From NCBI RefSeq assembly GCF_001447785.1, contig NW_015175364.1:957340-1021339 (forward strand): 64,000 nucleotides of DNA, written 5' to 3'. The notes below the pieces were generated by a model. The model searched no databases, was not told where the DNA came from, and was given only the letters and a program-made list of their open reading frames with translations. Source of the stretch: Gekko japonicus. Lineage: Eukaryota. Made by a program: the position numbers and the translations under genes. This document shows positions 37,946 to 48,841 of this stretch, piece by piece; positions within the stretch are counted from its first letter, which is position 1, and each line of letters starts with the position of its first letter.

Positions 37946-40450
37946 GTCTGCTACAAGAGTAACCAGAACCTTGGTAAAAACTCTCGGGGATGATTTGAGC
38001 CCAAATGGGAGAGCCCTGTACTGGTAATGTCGCCCCGCGTAAGCGAATCTCAGGAACTTCCGATGTTCCAAGTGAATTGGAACGTGCAGATAAGCCTCGG
38101 GTAGGTCTATAGAAGCTAGAAAATCCCCTTTCTGAATGGTTGGGAAAATGGAACATGTTTGTTCAGTCTCTTGACGTCCAGAATTGCCCTGGTGTCCCCA
38201 TTTCTCTTTGGGACCAAAAAGAATATCGAGTATACTCCCTGACCTTTTTGTATCTGTGGGACCAACTCTATTGCCCCTATATCCAACAAATGTTGGATGG
38301 CTGCTATCATTTGGAGATGTTTTACAGTGTGCCTGTGTTTCGCTATTTTTATCAATCTGACTGGAGGTGTGGAAGAAAACTCCAGCCTGTAGCCGTTGTT
38401 CACTATGTCTAGGACCCAGCGGTCCATGATTGTCCTGTTCCACTGGGTGGCAAATAGCTGTAACCTTCCCCCAATACCTGAGTGTCTCTTTTTGGGAAGA
38501 TAGTCATGCTGAAGCACCTTTTTTGGGGTTCCTGTTGCCTGACTGTTCCCCTTTTTGTGTGAGAAAAGGGTTTAGAAGAAGACTGCCTCGGTTGCCACTT
38601 GGGCTTAAAGGGTCTATTAAAAAAAGACTTCTGACCTCTTTTTTGATCCCGAAATGGCTGAAATCTCTTTCTAGCCTTAATGTCCCTCTTTTTAGGTGGT
38701 AACACCTTCTTTTTGTCTCTATCCTCCACTAAGAACCTATCCAAACCCTCCCCGAATAGGTTCCCACCCTTGAACGGGACCGATGCCACCTTGGCTTGGG
38801 AGGAAGAATCAGCATCCCAAAGCCGTAACCAAGTATTTCTGCGAGCAGTAATACTACATGCCATGGCCCTAGCCGACAACTGTAAGGCNNNNNNNNNNNN
38901 NNNNNNNNNNNNNNNNNNNNNNNNNNNNNNNNNNNNNNNNNNNNNNNNNNNNNNNNNNNNNNNNNNNNNNNNNNNNNNNNNNNNNNNNNNNNNNNNNNNN
39001 NNNNNNNNNNNNNNNNNNNNNNNNNNNNNNNNNNNNNNNNNNNNNNNNNNNNNNNNNNNNNNNNNNNNNNNNNNNNNNNNNNNNNNNNNNNNNNNNNNNN
39101 NNNNNNNNNNNNNNNNNNNTGGACTGTACAGGTGGCACAATTTCCTCCTCTTCCTCGGATAATTCTCCTTCCTCCCTTTCAGAGGAAGAATCTGAGGACT
39201 GGGACAACAACTCCTTGTGTCCCGTCTGGTTACTAAATTTAACAGAAGAAAAATGATCTTTCCTGCGTTTGTGTCTGGGAGGAGTCAGAGCAGCTGGATA
39301 AAAAATCTTCACATGTTTTTGACCTCTTAAGGGATCTGGTTTTACCTGGCCAAGTCTTAGAGGAACCTGCTCCCTGAAGGGTGTCTACCATATCCTTAAA
39401 ACCCTTCCTCATTTCAGACCTAAACCAGTCCATCAGTTCAGTCTTTTCCCTAGGATCCAAATCTGTCTGAACTGTGTCTTGACTGGCCAGTGAGACAGAC
39501 AACCTGGGGAAACTGAGTTCACTCAGAGAACTATCTCTGCCTGGAGAAGCCTGCCTTCTAGCTTGATCAGCCATCTTGTACCAATCTGTGGAGAAAAACG
39601 AAAGTGAAGCTTTCTGTGAAACTTTCTGTGGAGGAAAACGAAACTGAAACTTTTCAGGCTGAGTCAAATGGTCTCCATTTTAGCTCTCCAAAAGAGTAGT
39701 TTCATACACACTTGTGAAGAGACCAAGACTCTGAGGGCTCAGACTGATAACCATTCGTAAAGCCCTCACTGAGAAAGTCTCCTGTCCTTTTAACACCCTC
39801 AAACATGGGGTGCCCAAGGTAAGCCAGCCGCCTTCCTCCTTTTCTGCTGAGTTTCCAAATGACCAGTCTCTGGCTTGGTCTAAAAACATAGGCTCCAGGA
39901 CTGGCATGGTCAAGCCCTGCACCATGGCGGTCTTCGTTCCCCAAGGCTCCAACCCCACTGGGAAGGCTTTCAGGGGCCCCTCAAACTCACCACCTCCTTT
40001 GGAAACGGCTATTTCGGTTCTTTGCACTGGAGCGATCTGCTGCCTCAGCGTGGGTACGTCTTGCGCACCAGGCTCCTCCGCACCCCCAGAATAGAGCAGG
40101 GGGAGGCCCTCCGCCCGTAGGTCGGGTAAAGCCAGCGGACGGATGCCAAGGGCTTAAACAGAGCTCTGCCGAACAACCGGGGACAACCCGGTGCAGGATC
40201 GCTCGCCCCGACTCCTTGCCGCTGCTGCGACTCTTCTTTCTTCTCTTTTTCTTCCTGAAATCCTAGGCACTCGAAACGAGCGCTGCCGCAGCACGTCCTG
40301 CTGGTAAGCAGGGCCGGCAAGAACTGGGGAAGCTGTAGAAGATAAGCCCAGCCTCACAGGGATGAAAGATCGGCACCAACCCTGCAGGAAGGGGCAGAGC
40401 TTATCCCAATAGTACGGACTGTCCCACTATCTGAACCACTGGAGAATGAC
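37946..40450 (-). mobile_element. DIRS1-type tyrosine-recombinase retrotransposon, 5' half (gag and partial RT)
   Basis: gag-like ARRNTWLRLWDAD...PFKGGNLFGEGLD; overlapping pol IGGRLQLFATQW...YSIFFLVPKRNGDTRAILD...ASIDLPEAYLHVPI...YQYRALPFGLKSSPRVFTKVL; breaks off before the YLDD, RNase H and YR regions. Confidence 0.88.
38889..39119. other. Assembly gap (231 N)
   Basis: Run of N within the DIRS gag. Confidence 1.
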
Positions 40451-40589
40451 AGTCAGCTGGCCCTTTTTCAGGCCTAGCGTTCTAGCGCGGAGCCTGAAAA
40501 AGGAAGGGGGGCGGCTCTGCAGGCCGCTTTTCAGGCCCAGCCCTCCGGCGCGAAGCCTGAAAAAGGCGGGGAGGGCAGCTCAGCAGTCC

Positions 40590-41555
40590 CCCCCCACAGT
40601 GGTTGCAGCTGCTGCCAAAAGCGGCAGCGATGGGGGCCATAACTTTTTAAAGAGCCCCTAAGAACAGCTAGGGGAGCCAGAATGACCTCTCGCACGAGAG
40701 GTAGAATTTGCCCCTACGAGTCCAAGGCCACCACCCCGGGGCTCAAGGAGGCAGGAGAAGGTTTCGCCCCCGCGGGCACCGCAGCTACCGACGAAAACGG
40801 CGGCAGTGGCCATAACTTTTTAAGGAGCCCCGAAGGAGAGCTGGGGGAGCCAGAATGACCTCTCACGTGTGATGTCCAAGTGGCAACGCTGCTCAGACAT
40901 CACATGCAAGAGGTGGAATTTGCCCCTATGAGTCCAAGGCCACCACCCCAGGGCTCAGGGAGGCACGAGAACATTTCACCCTGCCCCCTCCACGCACGTC
41001 GCAGCTGCGGCTGAGAACAGCGGCGGTGGCCATTACTTTTTATAGAGCCCCGAAGGAGAGCCCCGAAGGAGAGCTGGGGGAGCCAGAATGACCTCTCGCG
41101 TGTGACCTCTCACAAGAGGTGGAATTTGCCCCTACGAGTCCAAGGCCACGACCCCAAGGCTCAGGGAGGCACGAGAATGTTTCGCCCCACCCCCCGTGGG
41201 CATTGCAGCTGCCGCCGAGAACAGCAGCGGCGACCATAACTTTTTAAAGAGCCCCTAACGATAGCTGGGGGAGCCAGAATGACCTCTCACGCGAGAGGTG
41301 GAATTTGCCCCTACGAGCCCAAGGCCACCACCCCAGGGCTCAGGGAGGCAGGAGAACGTTTCGCCCCACCCCCTGCGAGCGTCGCAGCTGCCGCCGAGAA
41401 CAGCGGCAGCGGCCATAACTTTTTAAAGATCCCCTAAGGAGAACTGGGGGAGCCAGAATGATCTCTCACGCGAGAGGTGGAATATGCTCCTACGAGTCCA
41501 AGGCTACCACCCCGGGGCTCAGGAAGGCGGGGAAAACGTTTTGTGCCCCCCCACC
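40590..41555. repeat. GC-rich tandem repeat, ~5 units of 173-220 bp
   Basis: Anchor ccat(a/t)acttttta at 40637, 40810, 41030, 41234 and 41413. Confidence 0.95.
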
Positions 41556-42043
41556 GTGTCCCAACTGATGGCTGATGGGAGCAGGGGGTGGGTCTTATGT
41601 GCCCGCCCCCTGGGCTCCTGTCTGGCAGAGCAGTGCTCCGGTGCGCTCCAGCAGGAACCGAGGCCTGGCAAACCGAATATTATGTAAACAGAATGTGGAA
41701 TGGAATTGGGATGAACACACACACTCACAGAAGGCTGAATCCTAATGCCATTTTCCATTAGCAGTAGGGAAGGCAATTTTAGTTACTCTCCTCTCTTGTT
41801 GCAGACCACCTTAATTTTCCCTTCATTTAGTTCCCAAGGGTCCCGTGACCCCAAGAACAGCATTTTGTGGGCTGCAACCGGGGGGGGGGCATAAAAGTTC
41901 CATTCTGCTTCGAGGCGAAAATATAATTGAATCCAACACACAGTGATTGACAACAGTCCACAATTACCTAGAAAGGAAGCAGGAATTCCCTCACTACTTG
42001 GGGATTTGCTCTGTTATTTTCAGTAGAATCAGTGTGGTATAGT

Positions 42044-43500
42044 TATAGTGACAGAATCCCTCTCGCATCCAATCAGAGAACTTTTTTTTGCATTTTGTTT
42101 TATTGAAAAAAGAATTTTATAATTTAACACCACCACCAAAATCATTATTATGAAAAACAAAACTTGACTTGCACACTTTGTCTTCATATCTTCCTCATCT
42201 TCTTTCTTCTCCCAAAATTATTATATGATAATGTTTATAAGATTCTCAAACGATCTTAGCTCATTATAATAGATTTATAATATATTATCAAATTAATCTT
42301 TGAACTAAATTATTCTGCAAATAATTAGGCTCAGGAGGCCTCAAGGGTCGGGAGGGAGGGAACCCCTCCTTCCAAGGACCAATTAAACCTTGGGGGAACA
42401 TACCCGGATGCTTGCCACAGTCCCACTGCTCTTGTAGAATCCAAAAAAATTATATTACCCAAATCCTATTTTTAAACAGAGTCCAAACTCTTTTCAAAAT
42501 CTTCGCGGTCTTCAAGAGTACAGACTCGAGTCGTTTTGCCTGGCATAAGAGGACAGCGTTCTTTCCTTTTGCCGGCTCTATTGTCTCATGATTCAGAAGG
42601 AGAAGAATTTAAGGCGGCCAGCATTAGTTCACCCAAGTCAAAGTCATAGGCAGTGTTGGAGACTGAGCCGTGTTGGACACACAACCTGTCTGTACAGAGC
42701 CAATGATATCTTATTCCTAAGTCCCGCAGTTTAGCAGTGGTGTCTTTAAGATCTCTTCTAATCTTTAAAAATTTGGAGGAAAGATCCAGAAAAACTTGAA
42801 TCTTCAAGCCCTGGAAGTCAAGACTGCCTTGCTCTCTAGCCTCTGCAAGGATCCTCTGCCATGTTCGAAAGTCCTTAAATTCTACCAGTATATCTCTAGT
42901 ATATAATGACGTAGATTCACCACATACCTTACCGACGCGATAAGCTCTCTGTAGAGGCACATCAGGTTTCAGCCATTTGTCTCACTGCTTTGAGGGATAA
43001 TCAAAAGCCCAAGTTACCCACCAAGAAATCTCACCTATTCTTCTTCTGAGACTTCCCTCCAGAGAAATCTGATGTCCTTGTCACAGGAGTGCACATTTAT
43101 AGAGAAATATCTATTCTTACCTCTAAATCTTGTCTTCCATAATCATGCAATCTTATTTAGATAACTGATTGCTTCATAACTAAATAAGAGATAAGCAATA
43201 TAAATGCTGATTAGCTAACATAATCATGTGATATGATATAGACAACTGATTGGTTCTTAACTAAATAAAAGATAAGCAGCATGTGAGCTAATCTGGTAAA
43301 GCAAGATAAGAAGGTCAACCTCACCATTTAGCCTCTATTAATAAGCAATTAATCTACCTTTTTCTGTAACTGGTTCAACTAACTGTCTAAGATGAAACTC
43401 ATTTTAAACAGAGTTCATGAACAGTTAAAAAGTGCTTGGACTATCGACTAGTTTGCCAGCTTAGCAAGAAAAAGCTCACTAGTATCATAGCTACCACTAA
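42044..43500 (-). mobile_element. Probable solo LTR, interrupted by a half-L1 and inserted in a SINE head
   Basis: Degenerate termini tatagtg...cactaa (from tgtagtg...cactaca); 5-bp near-duplication atagt/gtagt; internal ~40-bp direct repeats with GATAAG; minus-strand CTATAAA near 43096. Confidence 0.45.
42081..43059 (-). mobile_element. 5'-truncated ORF1-only L1-derived element (second HAL1-like family)
   Basis: ORF1 C-terminal half (RAYRVG...RDILVEFKDFR...IQVFLDLS...IRYHW) ends at 42586, then ~500 bp of UTR, AATAAA and an A-tail; 7-bp TSD cagagaa (42074-42080 and 43060-43066). Confidence 0.78.
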
Positions 43501-43680
43501 GTAGTGGTTAGAGAGTTGGATTAGTATCTAGGAGAACGAGGTTCAAATCCCTCTGCTATGGAAGCTTGCCTGGTGACCTTGGGTCTGGCACACGCTCAAC
43601 CTCAAAGGATTGTTGTGAGAACAAAACGGAGGAGGGGAGAATGATGTAAGTTGTTTTGGTTCCCCTTTGGGGAGAAAGTC
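43501..43680 (+). mobile_element. Squam3-like tRNA SINE (first bases displaced to ~42028-42043)
   Basis: gtagtggttagagagttgg...ggttcaaatcc...gttgtgagaacaaaacggagg. Confidence 0.7.
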
Positions 43681-43895
43681 AAGTAAAGAAATAATACTTT
43701 GCCATAGTTAGCAGATATTTGGCACTTTCTTTCCCACGATGATTCAGTAAGTTCACAATTACAGACCTACAGAATTTGTGACTAATATGGAGCCTGCAAA
43801 AATGAGCTTTTGTTGAGCCTCCACAACATTGAGGATGACCTGTATCTGGCCTGATGAGCCACAAGTTGTGTAGGCTTCGCTCTACAGCCAGTATT

Positions 43896-43896
43896 A

Positions 43897-43952
<56 letters not shown>
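43896..43952. repeat. (AAT)n microsatellite
   Basis: Direct observation; adjoins an L2-type tail. Confidence 0.98.
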
Positions 43953-43954
<2 letters not shown>

Positions 43955-44084
43955 CTTTCGATTTATTAATCACTTTCCCCACAAGTGGGCTCAAAGTGAT
44001 TTACAGTTACTCTTTAGACAGGGGACTAACAATGTTTTTCATAGGGGATAGGGAAGACAACATATAATTCATTTTTAAGTTGCA

Positions 44085-44455
44085 CACGCCGTACTGCCCG
44101 GTGGAAACGTTTCTGACTTGACTCAGTCATGTTCCAACAGCTGCATCGCCACACTGCCACCGCCTGGCTGGAGCATCCCACTGCAGGCATTTTTCTTAGC
44201 TGAGTAGATTCTTCCGCCTTCCGGGTCCAGACCAGGACGTCTCCAACCGAGAGCTAACACCTTCCCAGAAGGGAGTCGGTGTGCCCACCCTCTCTAAGGA
44301 GTGGTTCCCATTTTATCTACTCGCTGAAGCTTTTGAATCGCTGGGTGGACGATGAGCTGGGGATGACAGGCTGGCTGCTCACACCAGCGCGGGGCTCGAA
44401 CTGACACAGTTCCGATGTTAAGACAGTGGGATATACCCACTGTGCCACCGCTCCC
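44085..44455 (-). mobile_element. Divergent Sauria-SINE-like element
   Basis: caccttccc...attttatctactcgc core and a tRNA-like head (ggggctcgaact...ccactgtgccacc). Confidence 0.55.
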
Positions 44456-45318
44456 CTTTTACTGGCCTATTCCAATGTATCTCCAACAAAGACACACATA
44501 GAAAAAGAGAGGAACTAAGATCCATCTCTGGGCCCTAAGGCTTTCTGTGGAATGTAACCATTGTATGGCCTCTCGCTCATAAAAAAGCTGGGTGAAACTG
44601 GATACCACATCAGCTCTTTGTCTAACATCTACAGCACAACTCAGACGATACCGGGTTTTTCATCATGTCCTGAAGCTTCTTCCTTTTCCTGTTTAAACTC
44701 TTTTTGTAACATTCAGCCTGAAGAAGAGTTCTGGAGACCTCTATAGCTTGTACACTGTCATGTGTCATCTGGTTGATCCTAATAAAAGGTACCATGTTCT
44801 GGGTTTTTGGATTTTTTGTTTGGACCAGTGTGGCTGACAACCTCTTCCCCAAGGCTGCAGTCTACCTTACGTTTTAATTTTTTTTAAAAAAATAACGTTA
44901 AATCTGAATGTGCATCATCATGTCCTTTGTGATCATGTTATTCTTATGGACATGTATCTTATTTTACTCCCCAGTATGCCTTTCTCACTGAGGGGCCTTA
45001 GAGTATGTAAGACCACTGGTCTATTAAGGGGGTTTTCCACACAGTCTTGTGTCATTTCCCTGCTGCTGCTGTCACTGCAGATTCTCCTGTTAGGTTTAGT
45101 TTTTAATTCACAATTTAATAGCATTATATTGATACACCATTATATCAAAATATGCACCAGGTTCTCTGCATTCCCAGCTTTTTTTGTTTTTAAAGTAAGG
45201 CTCTATCCCATTTTGTTGCAGAGATCCACTCCCCCCCCCCCCCTTACATCTCTGCAAGGAAAGGAGCTAGAGACTTGCTTTTTTAAAAAAAATGAAAGCT
45301 GAAAATTCAAAGAACCAG

Positions 45319-45563
45319 CCCTGACCTGGGTAGCCCAGGCAAGCCTGATCTCGTCAGATCTCAGAAGCTAAGCAGGGCTGACCCTGGCAAGTACCTGGAT
45401 GGGAGACCTCCATGAAATACCAGGGCTGCGACGCAGAGGCAAGCAATGGCAGGCCACCTCTCTGAAATGTCCAAGCCCCAGTAGGGGTCACCAGAAGTCA
45501 ACCATGACTTCCAGACGCATACACACACAAAAACACATACAATACTCACCAAAAAAGAAAGAT
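45319..45563 (+). mobile_element. 5S rRNA-derived SINE
   Basis: gatctcgtcagatctcagaagctaagcaggg...tggatgggagac retains 5S boxes A and C; 15-bp TSD aattcaaagaaccag (45304-45318 and 45564-45578). Confidence 0.85.
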
Positions 45564-47584
45564 AATTCAAAGAACCAGATACATTTTTTTGTATGACAGT
45601 ATGTCACTATAATGCTATTAAATTGTCAATTGGAAAAAAGAAGGGAAAAAGCCTCTGCAGTAGGGGGAAGAAATGGCTGCTATGGAGGAAATGACTGCTG
45701 TATGAGCAGGACCAGGAAAATCTGAACTTCCGCCCCCACACAGAAGCCATCCAGGCTTTGCTGTGATCCTTCCCAAAACCTTGGGAGGTGTGCACATGCA
45801 CCATGATGCTGTGGGGAAGCAGGGGGGGGGGAAACCCACTTCTAACAGTATGGTACTTGGGGCAAATAGCACTGTCAGGTCAGCACTGTCTACTTTAAAT
45901 GGCAGCATCTCTATAGAGGCAGAGGTCTTTTGCATCACTTGCCACATCACCCTTTTAACTAGAGATGCAGGGAATTGAACCTGGGACAGTCTGCATGCAA
46001 AGCAGACGTTATACCACTGAGCAACAGCCCAAGCGGTAAATACCTTTATTTATTATCATTCTTGCTTCTTTCACCTTCACTCCCTTTGCTGTGTCCTCCC
46101 CTCTTTTGCTATTGAGTGGCAAGCAGAATTAAAATTGTACTTACTGTTATTCTATAAAGTGCCATGTACATTGGTGGAACCATATAAAAAGCAAACAATG
46201 CTTTAGAAAAAAATGTGGTAAATTCATATTTCTTTATTTACACATATGAAAGTGAAGAATTATATCAAATTGGCACTGAATTTGTAGTTATGAGATGTTT
46301 GTGCCCTTTGAAATAATTATAGAGACAGTTTCAATGTGAGAGGACTGCTGGTCCACTGGCCCACAAACTTTTTTTAAATTAATAGGGCATCACAACATCT
46401 TTATAAGTGCTGCTTTCTTAATCTGTTTTATTTTTTCACACTAAATACTCATTTTAGGTATCAACTGAATTGGATAACTGGCTTCAGAACCAGACTCTGG
46501 TTTTTAATGTGACTGAAGTTGATTATAGTCACTTCCCAGTATTTAAACAGGGCTGAAGTGTAGACAACCGTACAATTCTGGACTGTGTGTCATGTGAAAC
46601 ACATATTTCATAACTGTAATTTTTGCACAGGCACAAACATGGGACTTCTTTGTAGTAATTTTCCTTGTACAATACCTGGCTCATTTCTTGCATCCCTGTA
46701 TACCACATCAAATCCAAAAGGGACTTGTAGACATTAACACACAGCAAAGTATCTAATGACATTAAGTGCTGCATTGTCATGAATTAGTTTTGCTTCAGTA
46801 ATTGCAGAGATCGTCAGCACTTCGCAACATTCACATTCATTTCACTCCACACAGGTGTTCAGTCCTTATTTCCATATCAACAGTTAGTGTTTGACAATGA
46901 ATGTTACCAAACTTGTCTAAGCAAAAGAGTGAAACGTAGTCACAATACCCAAGTAAATGAGTGACTTGGATGTACAGAGAATTTGGGCCAATTACTTTAG
47001 AATTTAAAAAACTTACAAAGGGTATCGTGCATGCACACATATGCCGTAGCAAAGAGAGAGAACACCTTTCACTTTGCAACCCTAACTGCCCTTTTCTAGC
47101 AAAACCATTAGCTCCATCATCTACAGAACAGCTCCACAAAAGGGGCCACTGCCTTTCCATGGCCATTCCCTTGCAACTGTTGCCCAAATGGATATATGTG
47201 AACTGTATGGTTATGTACCATGTTAGCAATGCTCACCCCATTAAGGCATATGTGGACAGAGTGTGACACAGCCACAAAGTGAGTGGAACTCATGTAAGTT
47301 ACTGGGAGTGGAGCCAGAGAAGACTGGGAAACCATGCCTCATCAAGCAACCTACCAAGTAGGTCACACTGTTCACTATATATGCACCCTATAATAATTGT
47401 AAATAAACCACTGGTTTATTCCACATCGAATATGACAATACAGGAAAAAGTTGTTGAAGAAACCACAGGAAAGAGACTAAGGTACCTGTTCAAGTACATG
47501 GATTTTATCCTGTTACATTGGTGGTGTCAGATGTTGTGAGCCACTGGGTTTATTCCAAGAGTAGAGGTCATGTTCATCTTTTTA

Positions 47585-47900
47585 AAAATTGCTGCAAGAC
47601 TTCTGTTTATTTTTGCTGCCACAATTAAATTCTCAAATAAGTTTCATGGACAAGAGCCCACTTTGTCAGATGCAAGTAGATGCATGGGTGTTAGGTTCTT
47701 ACCAAGTAAGCATACATTTAAATGTATACAGACACACAAAAGTAAGAGGACAAATTTGTAAACATAATGGTCAAAGGGTGGCCCTCAACCATGATGTTCA
47801 CAACTTTAAGCATCTGACAAAGTGGGCCTTCATTCAGAAAAGCTTCTGTTAGAATAAACATGGGTTTGTCTTTAAGATGCCACAAGATTCCTGTTTATTT
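47585..47900. mobile_element. Penelope-like element, inverted terminal pair
   Basis: gcccactttgtcagatgc (~47656) versus gcatctgacaaagtgggc (~47810). Confidence 0.6.
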
Positions 47901-48119
47901 TTCAATCATTTCTATTTTAATTTAGCTGATACACAGATTTCTAAAAAAAACACTATGAAGTGCTGAGTTACCATAGTTATAAAGCAGAGAATTATTCGTA
48001 GTATCAAGTAGTTAAATTATCATGAATTGTACTCAGATAAATTTGCTGCGGATACTTTGATTTTAAAATATATAATCGCACTGGGGTGGTCAAGGGGCTC
48101 CCCTCCCCAATTTTTTTTT

Positions 48120-48325
48120 GCCCTGACCTGGATGGCCCAGGCTAGCCTGATCTTATCAGATTTTGGAAGCCAAGCAGGGTTGGCCCTGGTTAGTACATGG
48201 ATGGGAGATCACCAAGGAAGTCCAGGGTTGCTATGCAGAGGCAGGTAATGGCAAACAACCTCTGAATGAAAGCCCTATGAGGTCACCATAAATCAGCTGT
48301 GACTTGATGGGACTTTCCACCGCCA
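48120..48325 (+). mobile_element. 5S rRNA-derived SINE
   Basis: Same head and tail as the copy at 45319. Confidence 0.8.
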
Positions 48326-48492
48326 GTTATCAGTATGGGTTGTATTTCACAATTACATGATGACGATAACATATATTCCCCTTCAAGCTACTCCTTTCAA
48401 GGAGGAATCAGATTCCTTTGCCTGTGTGCATCTGTTCCCTCATCCTTAGAAATTAATGAGGCAGTCCTTATGCATGCATCAGAGCAACTGTA

Positions 48493-48841
48493 AAGGTAAA
48501 GGTAAAGGTTCCCTTGCTCGAAAGCCAGTCGAATCCGACTCTAGGGTTGCGGTGCTCATCTCCGTTACAAAGCCGAAGAGCCAGCGCTGTCCGAAGACGT
48601 TTCCGTGGTCATGTGGCCGGCATGACTAAACACCAAGGCGCACGGAACGCTGTTACCTTCCCACCGAAGTGGTCCCTATTTATCTACTTGCAATTTCTTG
48701 CTTTCGAACTGCTAGGTTGACAGGAGCTGGAACTAGAGACAGGAGCTCACCCTGTCTTGCGGCACCCGGGTCTTGAACCACTGAACTACTGACCTTCCAC
48801 AGCCTGCAGTTCAGCGTCTTAACCACTTGAGCCACCGCACC
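48493..48841 (-). mobile_element. Sauria SINE
   Basis: (ACCTTT)n tail; 14-bp TSD tcagagcaactgta (48479-48492 and 48842-48855). Confidence 0.92.

Noticed and set aside
38409-39312. Long ORFs spanning the N run
   Set aside because: Lengths are inflated by the assembly gap; only the flanking gag segments are informative.
40590-41555. CRISPR-like array
   Set aside because: Whole units are repeated with no unique spacers, there are no cas genes, and the context is a vertebrate intron.
45319-45430. 5S rRNA gene
   Set aside because: The 5' end is not 5S, there is no poly-T terminator, and it is fused to a tail and flanked by a TSD, so it is a SINE.
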